DNA of 64,000 nucleotides from Tepidisphaera sp. (GTDB lineage Bacteria; Planctomycetota; Phycisphaerae; Phycisphaerales; UBA1924): NCBI GenBank assembly GCA_050916045.1, contig CP051526.1, positions 352,001 to 416,000 of the forward strand, read 5' to 3'. Shown piece by piece: positions 9,379 to 18,277 of this stretch (position 1 is its first letter; each line of letters starts with the position of its first letter). The notes under the pieces were generated by a model. It saw only the letters and a program-made list of their open reading frames with translations, ran no database searches and was not told where the DNA came from. The position numbers and the translations under genes were made by a program.

Positions 9379-11060
9379 GCCGCTCTCCTGGCTTCCCAGG
9401 CGGCGTCGTGCGACGCGACGAGTCCGGCGACCTCTTCGACGGTGGTCTGTCCGCGGACGGCCTTGAGCACGCCGTCCTCGACCATGGTGCGCATGCCCTC
9501 GAGACGGGCCTGGGCGAGGAGCGCGGAGGTGGTCGCGTTCTCCTCGATGAGCGTGCGGATGCTGGGCAGAACGCGGAACATCTCGTAGACGCCGAGTCGA
9601 CCGTGGTACCCTGTGGAGCGGCAGCTTGCGCAGCCCGCGCCGCGCTTGAGGCCACCGAGAGAGGAGGGGTCGATGCCGATGCGGCGGAGGAGCGAGATGT
9701 CGGGCTGATCCGGTCGGGCGCAGTGCTCGCAGACGCGTCGGACGAGGCGCTGGGCGATCACGCAGAGCAGCGAGCTGTTGATCGCGAAGTTCTGAACCCC
9801 GAAGTCCTTGAGGCGGGTGATGGAGCTGACCGAGTCGTTGGTGTGAAGGGTGCTGAAGACAAGGTGGCCGGTGAGAGCGGCCTGAACGCCGATGCGGGCG
9901 GTCTCGTCGTCGCGGATCTCGCCGACGAGGACCACGTCGGGGTCCTGCCGCAGGATGGAGCGGAGGGCCGAAGCGAAGGAGAGGCCGATGTCGGTGTTGA
10001 CCTGCACCTGCCGCACGAGGGGCAGGCGGATCTCCACCGGGTCCTCGATGGTCATGATGTTGAGGTCGGGGGAGTTGATGTGGGCGAGCGCGGTGTAGAG
10101 GGTGGTGGTCTTGCCCGAGCCCGTGGGCCCGGTCACGAGGATCATGCCATGGGGTTTGGCGATGGCTTCCTCGTACCACGCGGTCATATCCGGCGGCATT
10201 TCGAGGTCGCGCAGGCTTCCGATCCTGTTGGCGGAGCGAAGGAGACGCATCACGACGTTCTCGCCGTGGATGGTGGGGATGACGGAGAGGCGGATGTCGA
10301 CGGCCTGATCGCGGTGGGTGAATCGGAACTTGCCGTCCTGCGGCTTGCGGGTTTGCGTGAGATCGAGCCGGGCCAGGACCTTGAGTCGCTGGACGATGGC
10401 GGTGTGAGCGTTCTTGGCGGGGCCCTGCTGAGGGAGAAGGACGCCGTCGACGCGGTAGCGAAGGCGGATCTCCTGCTCGTCGGGGTTGATGTGGATGTCG
10501 CTTGCGGCGCAGTCGATGGCGCCCATGAGGATCTGGTTGACAGCGATGACGATGGGCTCATCGCCGGTGGCGAGATCTTCCTCGTTGTCGGACTGCTTGG
10601 CGTTGCTCGCGGTGGACTGGGTGCCAGCGAGGCCGTAGGCGCGGGCGATGAGGCCGCGGAGCTGCTCCGCGTCGCAGATCAACGGCTCGATGTCCATCCG
10701 AAGAATCTGTCGGAGCTGGTCGATGGCGGAGAGGTTGAGGCTGTCGAGCATCCCGACCGTCGCGACGCCGTCGATGACGAAGAGGGGGAACGCGGTCAGA
10801 CGCTCGAGCACGGTGCGGGGAGCGAGGGCGGTGTTGGCGAAGTCGATCTCGTAGTGCGAGAGGTCGATGAAAGGGCACTCGCAGACCTTGGCCCGTTCGA
10901 TCGCGATCCGTCGGGTTCCGACGATTCCGAGCTCGACGAGGGATTCGGAGATGTCCCAGCCGTGGGAAGCGGCGTGCTCGCGGGCGCGGGTGACGTCCTG
11001 CTCGGTCAGAGCTTTCTCCTGGCGCAGGGCCCGCACCACATATTGACTTGAGTCCATCAT
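9375..11060 (-). CDS. Pilus assembly ATPase (PilB/MshE/GspE)
   Basis: ASDIHI, RYRVDG, Walker A GPTGSGKTT, TIEDPVE, LRQDPDVVLVGEIRD, TGHLVFSTLH, CEHC/CASC Zn motif. Confidence 0.96.
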   Translation of the reverse strand: MMDSSQYVVRALRQEKALTEQDVTRAREHAASHGWDISESLVELGIVGTRRIAIERAKVCECPFIDLSHYEIDFANTALAPRTVLERLTAFPLFVIDGVATVGMLDSLNLSAIDQLRQILRMDIEPLICDAEQLRGLIARAYGLAGTQSTASNAKQSDNEEDLATGDEPIVIAVNQILMGAIDCAASDIHINPDEQEIRLRYRVDGVLLPQQGPAKNAHTAIVQRLKVLARLDLTQTRKPQDGKFRFTHRDQAVDIRLSVIPTIHGENVVMRLLRSANRIGSLRDLEMPPDMTAWYEEAIAKPHGMILVTGPTGSGKTTTLYTALAHINSPDLNIMTIEDPVEIRLPLVRQVQVNTDIGLSFASALRSILRQDPDVVLVGEIRDDETARIGVQAALTGHLVFSTLHTNDSVSSITRLKDFGVQNFAINSSLLCVIAQRLVRRVCEHCARPDQPDISLLRRIGIDPSSLGGLKRGAGCASCRSTGYHGRLGVYEMFRVLPSIRTLIEENATTSALLAQARLEGMRTMVEDGVLKAVRGQTTVEEVAGLVASHDAAWEARRAA

Positions 11061-11084
11061 GCTTGGTGTCCGTTGCGGTGTGGC

Positions 11085-11483
11085 CTAGGCGATCTCTCCG
11101 AGCGCGGCGAGGAGAACGGCGAGCTGGTCGCGAGCGGCGGCTGACATCTCGCGGAAAGTCACGCCGATCAGGTACATGGGGCGTCGATCGGTCATGACGA
11201 CGCGTGTGACGGTGCCCTCGCATTCGAACGCGAGGGCTTCACTTTGGGGGAGGAACAGCTTGCAATTGAGGACGGCCCGCTTGGGCACGAAGACGTGGGA
11301 AAGCAGGCCGAGGCCGCCGGCGGAGAGGTCGACGACATCGGCTTCGATGACGCCGTCACGAAGACCGGAGTTTCGCGCCAGGCGGATCGCCGAAGCGTGA
11401 CTCTCAGCGATGGTGAACCGTCCGCGCAGCGCGACATCGTGCCGCTGCGCTTGGCGTACCGCGAGTTGGTCCATCCCAGACAT
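11085..11483 (-). CDS. Stand-alone PilZ domain protein
   Basis: RQAQR (RxxxR) and DLSAGG (DxSxxG) c-di-GMP motifs; IGVTF end. Confidence 0.85.
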   Translation of the reverse strand: MSGMDQLAVRQAQRHDVALRGRFTIAESHASAIRLARNSGLRDGVIEADVVDLSAGGLGLLSHVFVPKRAVLNCKLFLPQSEALAFECEGTVTRVVMTDRRPMYLIGVTFREMSAAARDQLAVLLAALGEIA

Positions 11484-11550
11484 GCGCGTGCTCCCGTCCC
11501 GGATTTCCGGCGCCCCACACCCAATCCCCGGACGGATTCGTCCACAGCGG

Positions 11551-11578
11551 GTATCGGAACCGAGATTGCGCGAGTTGA
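11551..11578 (-). promoter_or_regulatory. sigma28-like promoter motif TCAA-N16-TCCGATAC for the pilus operon
   Basis: Resembles the FliA consensus TAAA-N15-GCCGATAA; recurs with the same spacing at three other gene starts. Confidence 0.55.
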
Positions 11579-11684
11579 GGTTTGGAACGCAGAAACCGAC
11601 CGAGCGGCCAGAATCCGTGATTTCCCCGGGGGGGTCGTCCGGCTTGCATGTTCGAAATCTGCGCGAAGGGGACGTCCTTTGGCG

Positions 11685-12584
11685 TTACAGGACGTCGCCG
11701 AGCCGTCCGCCGTGCGCCGCGAGCAAGGCTTCGGCGGCGGGTCTGTCGAGGGCCCGGCGGTGCATCACGATCGCGGTTTTCGCGACGCCGCCGGCTTGTT
11801 CGAGCAGGGCGAAGCTGTGGTCGCGCGAGAGGCCGGTGAGTGTCGAGATGACCCGTGCGGCGCGGTCGCGGAGCTTGGCGTTGCTGGCTCGCAGGTCGAC
11901 CATCAGGTTCTCGTAGACGCGGCCGGAGCGGACCATAAGCGTGGTTGAGATCGTGTTGAGGATGAGCTTGGTCGCGGTGCCGGCTTTCATGCGCGTGGAG
12001 CCGGTCAGGACCTCGGGGCCGGTGGGCGCGACGATCAGGTGGTCGCAGCCGGGCGGAGCCTCAACCGGCGAGCAGGAGAGCAAGCCTGTGACGACGGGCG
12101 CGACGGACTTGGCGAAGGCGAGGGCGCCTGTCGCGTACGGCGTGGTGCCGCCGGCCGCGATGGCGAGGACGGCGTCGCGGCCGGTGAGGTTCAGAGCGGC
12201 GAGGGCGGGGTGTGCGCCGTCGGCTTCGTCCTCGCGGCCCTCGCTTGACTTTCGCAGGGCCGTATCGCCGCCGGCGATGATGCCGATGATCCGGCCTTCC
12301 TCAAGACAGAACGTGGGGGGAGCTTCGGACGCGTCGAGGACGCCGAGACGGCCGCTGGTGCCGGCTCCGAGGTAGACGAGGCGTCCGCCGGCGAGGAAGC
12401 CCGGCTCCGCAGCTTGGATGAACGCGGTGATGGCGGGTGCGGCGGCGCGGGCGGCTTCGAGGGCTCCGGCGTCTTCGCGCTGGATGGTGTTCACGCAGTC
12501 GGCGACGCTGAGTGCGTGCAGATTCATCGTGCGCGGGTTGCGCTGTTCGGTGAGGATGTGCGCGCGATCGGGGGGGAGTGCCAC
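11685..12584 (-). CDS. murQ: N-acetylmuramic acid 6-phosphate etherase
   Basis: TEQRNP, YLGAGTSGRLGVLDASE.PPTF, GPEVLTGSTRMKAGTATK, NLMVDL..SNAKL; GTG start at 12584 is inferred. Confidence 0.95.
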   Translation of the reverse strand: MALPPDRAHILTEQRNPRTMNLHALSVADCVNTIQREDAGALEAARAAAPAITAFIQAAEPGFLAGGRLVYLGAGTSGRLGVLDASEAPPTFCLEEGRIIGIIAGGDTALRKSSEGREDEADGAHPALAALNLTGRDAVLAIAAGGTTPYATGALAFAKSVAPVVTGLLSCSPVEAPPGCDHLIVAPTGPEVLTGSTRMKAGTATKLILNTISTTLMVRSGRVYENLMVDLRASNAKLRDRAARVISTLTGLSRDHSFALLEQAGGVAKTAIVMHRRALDRPAAEALLAAHGGRLGDVL

Positions 12585-12592
12585 GGGCGACT

Positions 12593-13678
12593 TTAGGGGA
12601 TGAGCCACGCGCCGGAGATGGGCGCGGGAGACGGGCAGCCGGTGATGTGCGGAAGCGTGATCGGGACGCGGTCCTGGCAGAGAGCGCCGAGCACGGCGAA
12701 GCAGTCGGCTTCGCGGGAATCGCCGCCGGGCAGGGGGCGGACGGGCCCGGGCGCGGCGGACGCGAGAGCGGAGGCCAGGGCTTTGTTGCGGGCGCCGCCG
12801 CCGGCGATGAAGATCGCGCCGGGAACGCCCGGGAGCTGGGCGAGGTGCTGGCCGATCGTCTCCGCGATGGCGATGCACGCGGTGTGGAGGAGGTCGGGAG
12901 CGGGGACTTGGTGCCGGAATCGTGAAAGCCAGTCGGTCAGCTCATCGCCGGTGCCGAGCGAGCGGCCGGGCTTGCGCCGGGCTTGCATGATGCCCAGGAG
13001 GTCCTCCAAAGCTTCGTCATGGACCGTTCCCGACGCGGCTTGGGCACCGTCTTCGTCGTAGGGCGTGCGGAGGAGCGACCGAGCGGCGGCGTCGAGGAGC
13101 TGGTTGCACGCACAGACATCCCCGCCGCGAATGCTTGAGAGGTCGGTCCCCGCGGGAAGCGTGGTGACGTTGCAGAACCCGCCGAGATTCACGATGTCGA
13201 GGCGGTCGGCGTCGCCGATCAGGTGGCGGTAGAGGATCCAGTCGGCAAGGGGCGTGATCGGGGCTCCTTGCCCGCCCGCGGCGAGGTCGGCGGCTCGAAG
13301 GTCGTAGACGACGGGACACTTGACGGCGCGGGCGACCGGGGCGGGCTGGAACAGTTGCCAGGAGAGCGGCGGCTTGTGAAAGACCGTCTGGCCGTGGACA
13401 CACACCAAGCTCGGCTTGTCCCCGGCGAGAAGCTCGAGGATCGCAAGGGCGTGAAGCTCGGCGAACTCGTGCATGACGCGTGCGATCTCGCCGGCGGTCG
13501 CGGGCACTTGCTCAGCGAGCGATCGGAGCGGTGCGGCGAGCGCGCCCAGCGGCTTTGAGAGCGTCCGGATCGGCTTGGCCGACATCGCCAAGCCCTCGCC
13601 AGTGATCTCCACAAGCGAGACGTCGAGCCCGTCAAGGCTGGTGCCGGTCATGCATCCGACAGCGAGGCGGGTGGGCAT
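12593..13678 (-). CDS. anmK: Anhydro-N-acetylmuramic acid kinase
   Basis: GCMTGTSLDGLD, HGQTVFH, DLAAGGQGAP, NLGGFCN, GGGARN, EADCFAVLG. Confidence 0.95.
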   Translation of the reverse strand: MPTRLAVGCMTGTSLDGLDVSLVEITGEGLAMSAKPIRTLSKPLGALAAPLRSLAEQVPATAGEIARVMHEFAELHALAILELLAGDKPSLVCVHGQTVFHKPPLSWQLFQPAPVARAVKCPVVYDLRAADLAAGGQGAPITPLADWILYRHLIGDADRLDIVNLGGFCNVTTLPAGTDLSSIRGGDVCACNQLLDAAARSLLRTPYDEDGAQAASGTVHDEALEDLLGIMQARRKPGRSLGTGDELTDWLSRFRHQVPAPDLLHTACIAIAETIGQHLAQLPGVPGAIFIAGGGARNKALASALASAAPGPVRPLPGGDSREADCFAVLGALCQDRVPITLPHITGCPSPAPISGAWLIP

Positions 13679-13791
13679 CCAGACGCTCCAGAGGGAAACA
13701 TCCTAGCGCAAAAAACAACATCACTCCTTCAAAACTGCTCGAGAAGGACATAAGCGGTACAAAAAGCAACGCCGACTTTGGACCAAAGTGC

Positions 13792-13819
13792 TTGACAGGG
13801 GAATGCCGATCAGTAGACT
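13792..13819 (+). promoter_or_regulatory. sigma70-type promoter TTGACA-N16-TAGACT
   Basis: Consensus -35 and 4/6 -10 match, 46 nt upstream of ATG 13866. Confidence 0.65.
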
Positions 13820-13865
13820 GGAAAATTGGGCATACCTGGGAGGTTATCCGGTGAAAGCAGAACAC

Positions 13866-14699
13866 ATGACGGCATCATACGGCATCGTACGGAGTTTGTT
13901 TGTTGCCTCACTACTGCTCGGCTCGGGGGTGGTATTCGCCCAGCCTGTCCCGGCGATTCCTGCCTGTGATTGGCGAAACAATCGGCCCGGTGGGTCGTGT
14001 GCGGGTGCGGTTCCTGTGACAGGTCAGTTCAACATTCAAGAGATTATGACAGACCCAGCCACGGTCAACACCATGTACGAGCCGTGGCTCGGGAATGATG
14101 CTTGCGACTGCTCATATGGCCCTTGTTCATCACGGAACGAATGCTCGAATCCAGTTCGTGGAAGGTCGAAGTCACTCGAGTTGTGCTGGGGCGTGAGCGG
14201 GTCGGCCACCGTGGAGGTGAAGTCCAGCTTGGTGACTCGCTTGATCGCGGAACTTGGCGGATCAATTGAAGTTGGGTTTGAATTGTCCGGATGTGTGACG
14301 CTGACACAGTCGACAGAGTTTTCAGTCCCTCAGAGTCAGTGCTTCAAGAACTTCGCTCGTGAAGTGTGGCAGCAGGCGTCAAACGCTGGAAAGGTGCGAC
14401 AAGTTCAGGCACGCTGGCAGTGGAAGAAATTCGTGCAGCAACCCGATGGTTCAATCACCGAGACTGATTGTGGTGAGACGGAGTGCGGAGTTTCGGTGGT
14501 TGCGACCGGGTCTGCAAGGCTGGATTCCGGCTCCATGATTCAGTACGCGCCCAAGAAGGAAGAATGCGGCGGTGCGCCGGTTCCGAGTCCCGATCCCTAC
14601 GGGGGAAAGAGGGCTGAGCCGTGCTGCCCGACTGCGGAAGGGTGTGGAACACTGGGGCCGGGGCAGACGCCGTGCTGCGGTTGCTTCGCCGTGCCGTGA
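13866..14699 (+). CDS. Secreted Cys-rich protein, possible aerolysin/ETX-MTX2-like beta-pore-forming domain
   Basis: Signal peptide ending VFA/Q; 18 Cys; Ser/Thr-rich alternating segment SKSLELCWGVSGSATVEVK...ELGGSIEVGFELSGCVTLTQSTEFSVP; lower GC than flanks. Confidence 0.6.
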   Translation: MTASYGIVRSLFVASLLLGSGVVFAQPVPAIPACDWRNNRPGGSCAGAVPVTGQFNIQEIMTDPATVNTMYEPWLGNDACDCSYGPCSSRNECSNPVRGRSKSLELCWGVSGSATVEVKSSLVTRLIAELGGSIEVGFELSGCVTLTQSTEFSVPQSQCFKNFAREVWQQASNAGKVRQVQARWQWKKFVQQPDGSITETDCGETECGVSVVATGSARLDSGSMIQYAPKKEECGGAPVPSPDPYGGKRAEPCCPTAEGCGTLGPGQTPCCGCFAVP

Positions 14700-14741
14700 T
14701 AGTCCGTTTGCATTATGATTGATCGGAAATGGAGATGAACT

Positions 14742-15884
14742 ATGCTGGTGTTCAAAGGGGATCGGATTAGCGCGGGGGTAGCAGGCCTCATCGCGGCGAT
14801 CGGCGTGAGTGCCGCGGCCGGGTTGGCTTGGCGATCTTCGGGTGTCGCTCAGGTTCAGCCGCCGCGTGCCGGGGCCGGCGTGATGGTGGGTGAGGACCCA
14901 GTATCGTTTGCGGTGAACGGTGCGGCTGCCGACAAGGCGTCTGGCGTGCCTGGCTGGTCAACGCGGTTGCGTGAAGCGGCTTCATGGTGCATGTTGGCGG
15001 GGAACAATGGGCGAGCCCGTGAGATTCTCGAGAACGTCCTACTGGACCCTGAGACGATCTTCGACGAGGCAGAGGCACAGCGGATGCTTGCGCAGATCAG
15101 TTTCTTTGAGGTGGGCGGTGAAGCGGTTGCTATCCGGCGGTACGAGGAATCCCTGCGGCTGCTCGGCCGCACGGGAAACTATCCGGGGATCTATAACTCT
15201 ACGGCTGCATCAATCATGTCGAACCTCGCGGTGGCTTACCGTGCGCAGCGCCGGTTTGCGGATTGCGAACGCGTGGTGGATGCCGTGCTTGCGATGCCGC
15301 CGACGTCGATCAGTCGATTCTCGTATGGCGCCGCACTCACGAATAAGTCGATTGAGTTGACTCGACGCGGCGACTATGCCGGGGCAACTCATGTACTTGA
15401 CCGTCGGCTTGCGCAGTTCTCGGAGGGGCCATCCGAGCAAGAAGAACGCCTGGCGACGTGCCGTGATCGATACGCGTCCATCGCAGGGCTTCCCAATACC
15501 TACGAACTGCGGCTGATCGATCTCATGGAAGACATGCGAGTCCCCGGTGCGACGCAACAAGCCGCTTCCGCCGCGCACGGCTTGCTCGAACACTATCATC
15601 GCGAAGGTCGGATCAACGAGCAACTCGCCGCAGCGGTTTCGATGATTCAGGATGCGAATCACGTTCTCCAGAATGTGGAGCAGTTTTCTCGATCTGAAGT
15701 TGTGTCCGCGAAGGACCTGCGTGCTTCGTGCCTGAGTATCTTGAGTTCCGCTGACCATTACGGGCATCACGACAAAGCAATTGACGCTTTGGTCGAGTAC
15801 CTCCGCACCGACACCGATCCGAGGATGATCGAGCAGCACACTCGCGAACTGCACGAATTGATCGAGCGTGTCAGCGGGCGATAA
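14742..15884 (+). CDS. TPR-like helical repeat protein with N-terminal membrane anchor/signal
   Basis: Hydrophobic N-terminus; TPR-like helices (AIRRYEESL, SNLAVAY, GDYAGA); GGAG SD. Confidence 0.65.
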   Translation: MLVFKGDRISAGVAGLIAAIGVSAAAGLAWRSSGVAQVQPPRAGAGVMVGEDPVSFAVNGAAADKASGVPGWSTRLREAASWCMLAGNNGRAREILENVLLDPETIFDEAEAQRMLAQISFFEVGGEAVAIRRYEESLRLLGRTGNYPGIYNSTAASIMSNLAVAYRAQRRFADCERVVDAVLAMPPTSISRFSYGAALTNKSIELTRRGDYAGATHVLDRRLAQFSEGPSEQEERLATCRDRYASIAGLPNTYELRLIDLMEDMRVPGATQQAASAAHGLLEHYHREGRINEQLAAAVSMIQDANHVLQNVEQFSRSEVVSAKDLRASCLSILSSADHYGHHDKAIDALVEYLRTDTDPRMIEQHTRELHELIERVSGR

Positions 15885-15908
15885 CTGAGAGCGATTCTCC
15901 TTAGAGGA

Positions 15909-17498
15909 TCATGGCGTCGTTTTGTCGATGGCGGCTTGCGCGGGGTCGGCCTTGCGGGCGGACAGTTTGCCCAAGGCCGGCGGGAGTTCGATCCCCGCCT
16001 GAGCGGCGAGTTCGTGGAGTTTGGGGAGGCTGCCGACCAAGCCGGAGAGGAACTCGCCGGTGGTGCCGCGGCCGTTCTCGCTCACGGTGCCCGAGTCCCA
16101 GACGGTGATCTTGTCGATCTTGAGGTTCTGGATGGCTTTCACCTGGGCTTCGACGAGCTTGGGGAGCTGTTCGATGAGCAGGAGGGTGGGTCCGACGTTG
16201 GAGTCCGAGCCGCAGCTTTCGATCAGTCGGCGGTAGCCGTCGGCTTTGGCTTCCATGACTTTCTGGATACCGGCGGCTTCGGCTTCATACTTGGAGGTGA
16301 TGGCGTCGGCTTCACCCTGGGCTTCGCGGCGGCGTTTTTCGGCTTCGGCTTCGGCGGCGAGGGCCATGCGCTGCTTCTCGATCTCCTGGGGGACGATCTG
16401 TTCCTTGGCGAGCCTGGCGAGTTCCTTCTCGCGTTCGGCTGTGAGAATGGCGCGGGCGGCTTCGGCGGCGGCGACTTCGGAGCGTTTGCGGCTTTCAGCC
16501 TGGATCTCGGCGAGTTTGGCCTGGCTTTCGGCCATGCGGGCGCGAGCGGCGTTCTCGCCGGTGACGGCGAGGGCCTCGGCTTCGGAGACGCGGATTCGCT
16601 GTTCCTGTTCGGCCTGCTTCTTGGCGGTCTCCATTTCGGATTGGCGCTGGGCGCGGGTGATCTCGATGTCGCGCTGGCTTTGGAGTTCGCCCTGGACGGC
16701 CTGAGCTTCCATGGCGGCGACGGTGATGCGTCGGCGCTGCTCGGCTTCCTTCTGACCTTCGGCGGAGGTGGCGGTTTCCTTGGCGACGTTGACGTTGCGC
16801 TCGCGGACGGCGATGGCTTCGCCGGTGGCGCCTTCGCGTTCCTGCTGGGCGACCTCGACCTTGGCGCGGTTGATGGCTTCGGCGGCGGCGCGCTTGCCGA
16901 TGGCCTGGATGTACCCGGACTCGTCGGTGATGTCGCGGAGGTTGACGTTGATGAGTTCGAGGCCGACCTTGTTGACCTCCTGGCCGACGTTCTCGTTGAT
17001 CAGGGTCATGAACTTCTCGCGGTCGCGGTTGATCTCCTCGATGGTGAGGGTCGCGATGACGAGGCGGAGCTGGCCGAGGATGATGTCCTGCGCCTGCTCC
17101 TGGATGGACTGGGGCGAGAGACTGCCCAGGCGGATCGCGGCGTTATTCATGAGGACCGGGTCGGTCGAGATGCCGACGGTGAAGTTTGCCGGGACGTTGA
17201 CGCGGATGTTGTTCCGCGAGAGGGCGCCCTCGAGGGGGATGTCGATCACCATGGGCTCGAGGGAGAGGTAGGCGAAGTCCTGGATAACGGGCATGACAAA
17301 GGTGCCGCCGCCGTGGAGGCATTTGGCCGCTTTGCCCACGCCGACCCGGCCGTAGACGACGAGGACTTTGTTGGGCGGGCACTTGCGGTACCTGGAGAGG
17401 AGCCACGCGAGGAAGGAGAGGGCGATGAGCGATACGAGCGCGATGGCACCCGCCCAGTAAATGCCCGTGTCCGCTGCGAGAAAGAAGCTTGAAGTCAT
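15909..17498 (-). CDS. Flotillin (SPFH domain) family protein
   Basis: TM, RYRKCPPNKVLVVYG, GGTFVMPVIQ, EEINRDR, long EA-rich coiled coil, IDKITVWDSG. Confidence 0.93.
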   Translation of the reverse strand: MTSSFFLAADTGIYWAGAIALVSLIALSFLAWLLSRYRKCPPNKVLVVYGRVGVGKAAKCLHGGGTFVMPVIQDFAYLSLEPMVIDIPLEGALSRNNIRVNVPANFTVGISTDPVLMNNAAIRLGSLSPQSIQEQAQDIILGQLRLVIATLTIEEINRDREKFMTLINENVGQEVNKVGLELINVNLRDITDESGYIQAIGKRAAAEAINRAKVEVAQQEREGATGEAIAVRERNVNVAKETATSAEGQKEAEQRRRITVAAMEAQAVQGELQSQRDIEITRAQRQSEMETAKKQAEQEQRIRVSEAEALAVTGENAARARMAESQAKLAEIQAESRKRSEVAAAEAARAILTAEREKELARLAKEQIVPQEIEKQRMALAAEAEAEKRRREAQGEADAITSKYEAEAAGIQKVMEAKADGYRRLIESCGSDSNVGPTLLLIEQLPKLVEAQVKAIQNLKIDKITVWDSGTVSENGRGTTGEFLSGLVGSLPKLHELAAQAGIELPPALGKLSARKADPAQAAIDKTTP

Positions 17499-18277
17499 GA
17501 TTCCCCCTGCTCAAGAGCCGGCCGCTGCGAAGCGGACGGCGGTTGGTGAAGCGGAGCCTGCGTGACTTCGGCAGGTTCCGCGAGCGATTGGACAACGACG
17601 CTGTTGTCCGGATTGGCGGCGAGGATGAGAACGCGGGTGCCCGTCGGGATCATGGCGTCCCGGGAGATCGCGCTCACGAATCGCTCCGCGCCGCGGACTT
17701 CGACCCGGATCTGACCCGAGCCGGAATCGCGGGCGGGGATGCGCACGTAGACGGTGGCTTCCAGGCCGAGCATGTCGGCGAGGGTGATGGTGCCGTCGGA
17801 TTCGAACTTTCGGAACTGGCGGAAGATCGTGATGACGCCGGCGGCGACCGAGACGCCCGCGACCAGGCCGATGAGAGCTCCGCCGAAGGCTCCAAAGTGC
17901 TCACGTCCGATCAGCCCCGCCCAGCCGAACGCTCCAGCGAAGGCCGCCAGGGACTGGACGGAGAAGATCTCGGCCGCGGTGACGAGCGGAGCAGCGTGCG
18001 AAGCCTGGCCGTGCCCCGCGGGATGGTGGGGGACATCGGCGTGGTGCGCGAGGGGCGTTTCCCCCATCGGGGCGTCGTGCGGGAGGTCGTGGGGCACATC
18101 GTGCGGAATGTCGTGCGGGACGTCGTGGGGGACATCGTGGTGGCCGACGGAATCACCGACGTCGGAGAAGACCCCGAGGAACCCCAGCGCCGTGCGGAGC
18201 ATGAAAAAGGCCGTTCCGAGGACGGCGGGGATTCCGAACCAAGCGGCGGACCCAGAGAAGAGTGCGTCGTACCACAT
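17495..18277 (-). CDS. NfeD-like (YuaF/YqiJ-type) membrane protein with His/Asp-rich insert
   Basis: TM helices, C-terminal OB fold (GLEATVYVRIP...GQIRV...IPTGTRV); ATGA overlap with flotillin gene. Confidence 0.85.
   Translation of the reverse strand: MWYDALFSGSAAWFGIPAVLGTAFFMLRTALGFLGVFSDVGDSVGHHDVPHDVPHDIPHDVPHDLPHDAPMGETPLAHHADVPHHPAGHGQASHAAPLVTAAEIFSVQSLAAFAGAFGWAGLIGREHFGAFGGALIGLVAGVSVAAGVITIFRQFRKFESDGTITLADMLGLEATVYVRIPARDSGSGQIRVEVRGAERFVSAISRDAMIPTGTRVLILAANPDNSVVVQSLAEPAEVTQAPLHQPPSASQRPALEQGES
18068..18139 (-). repeat. Six 12-nt coding tandem repeats encoding HDxP
   Basis: HDVP-HDVP-HDIP-HDVP-HDLP-HDAP. Confidence 0.9.
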
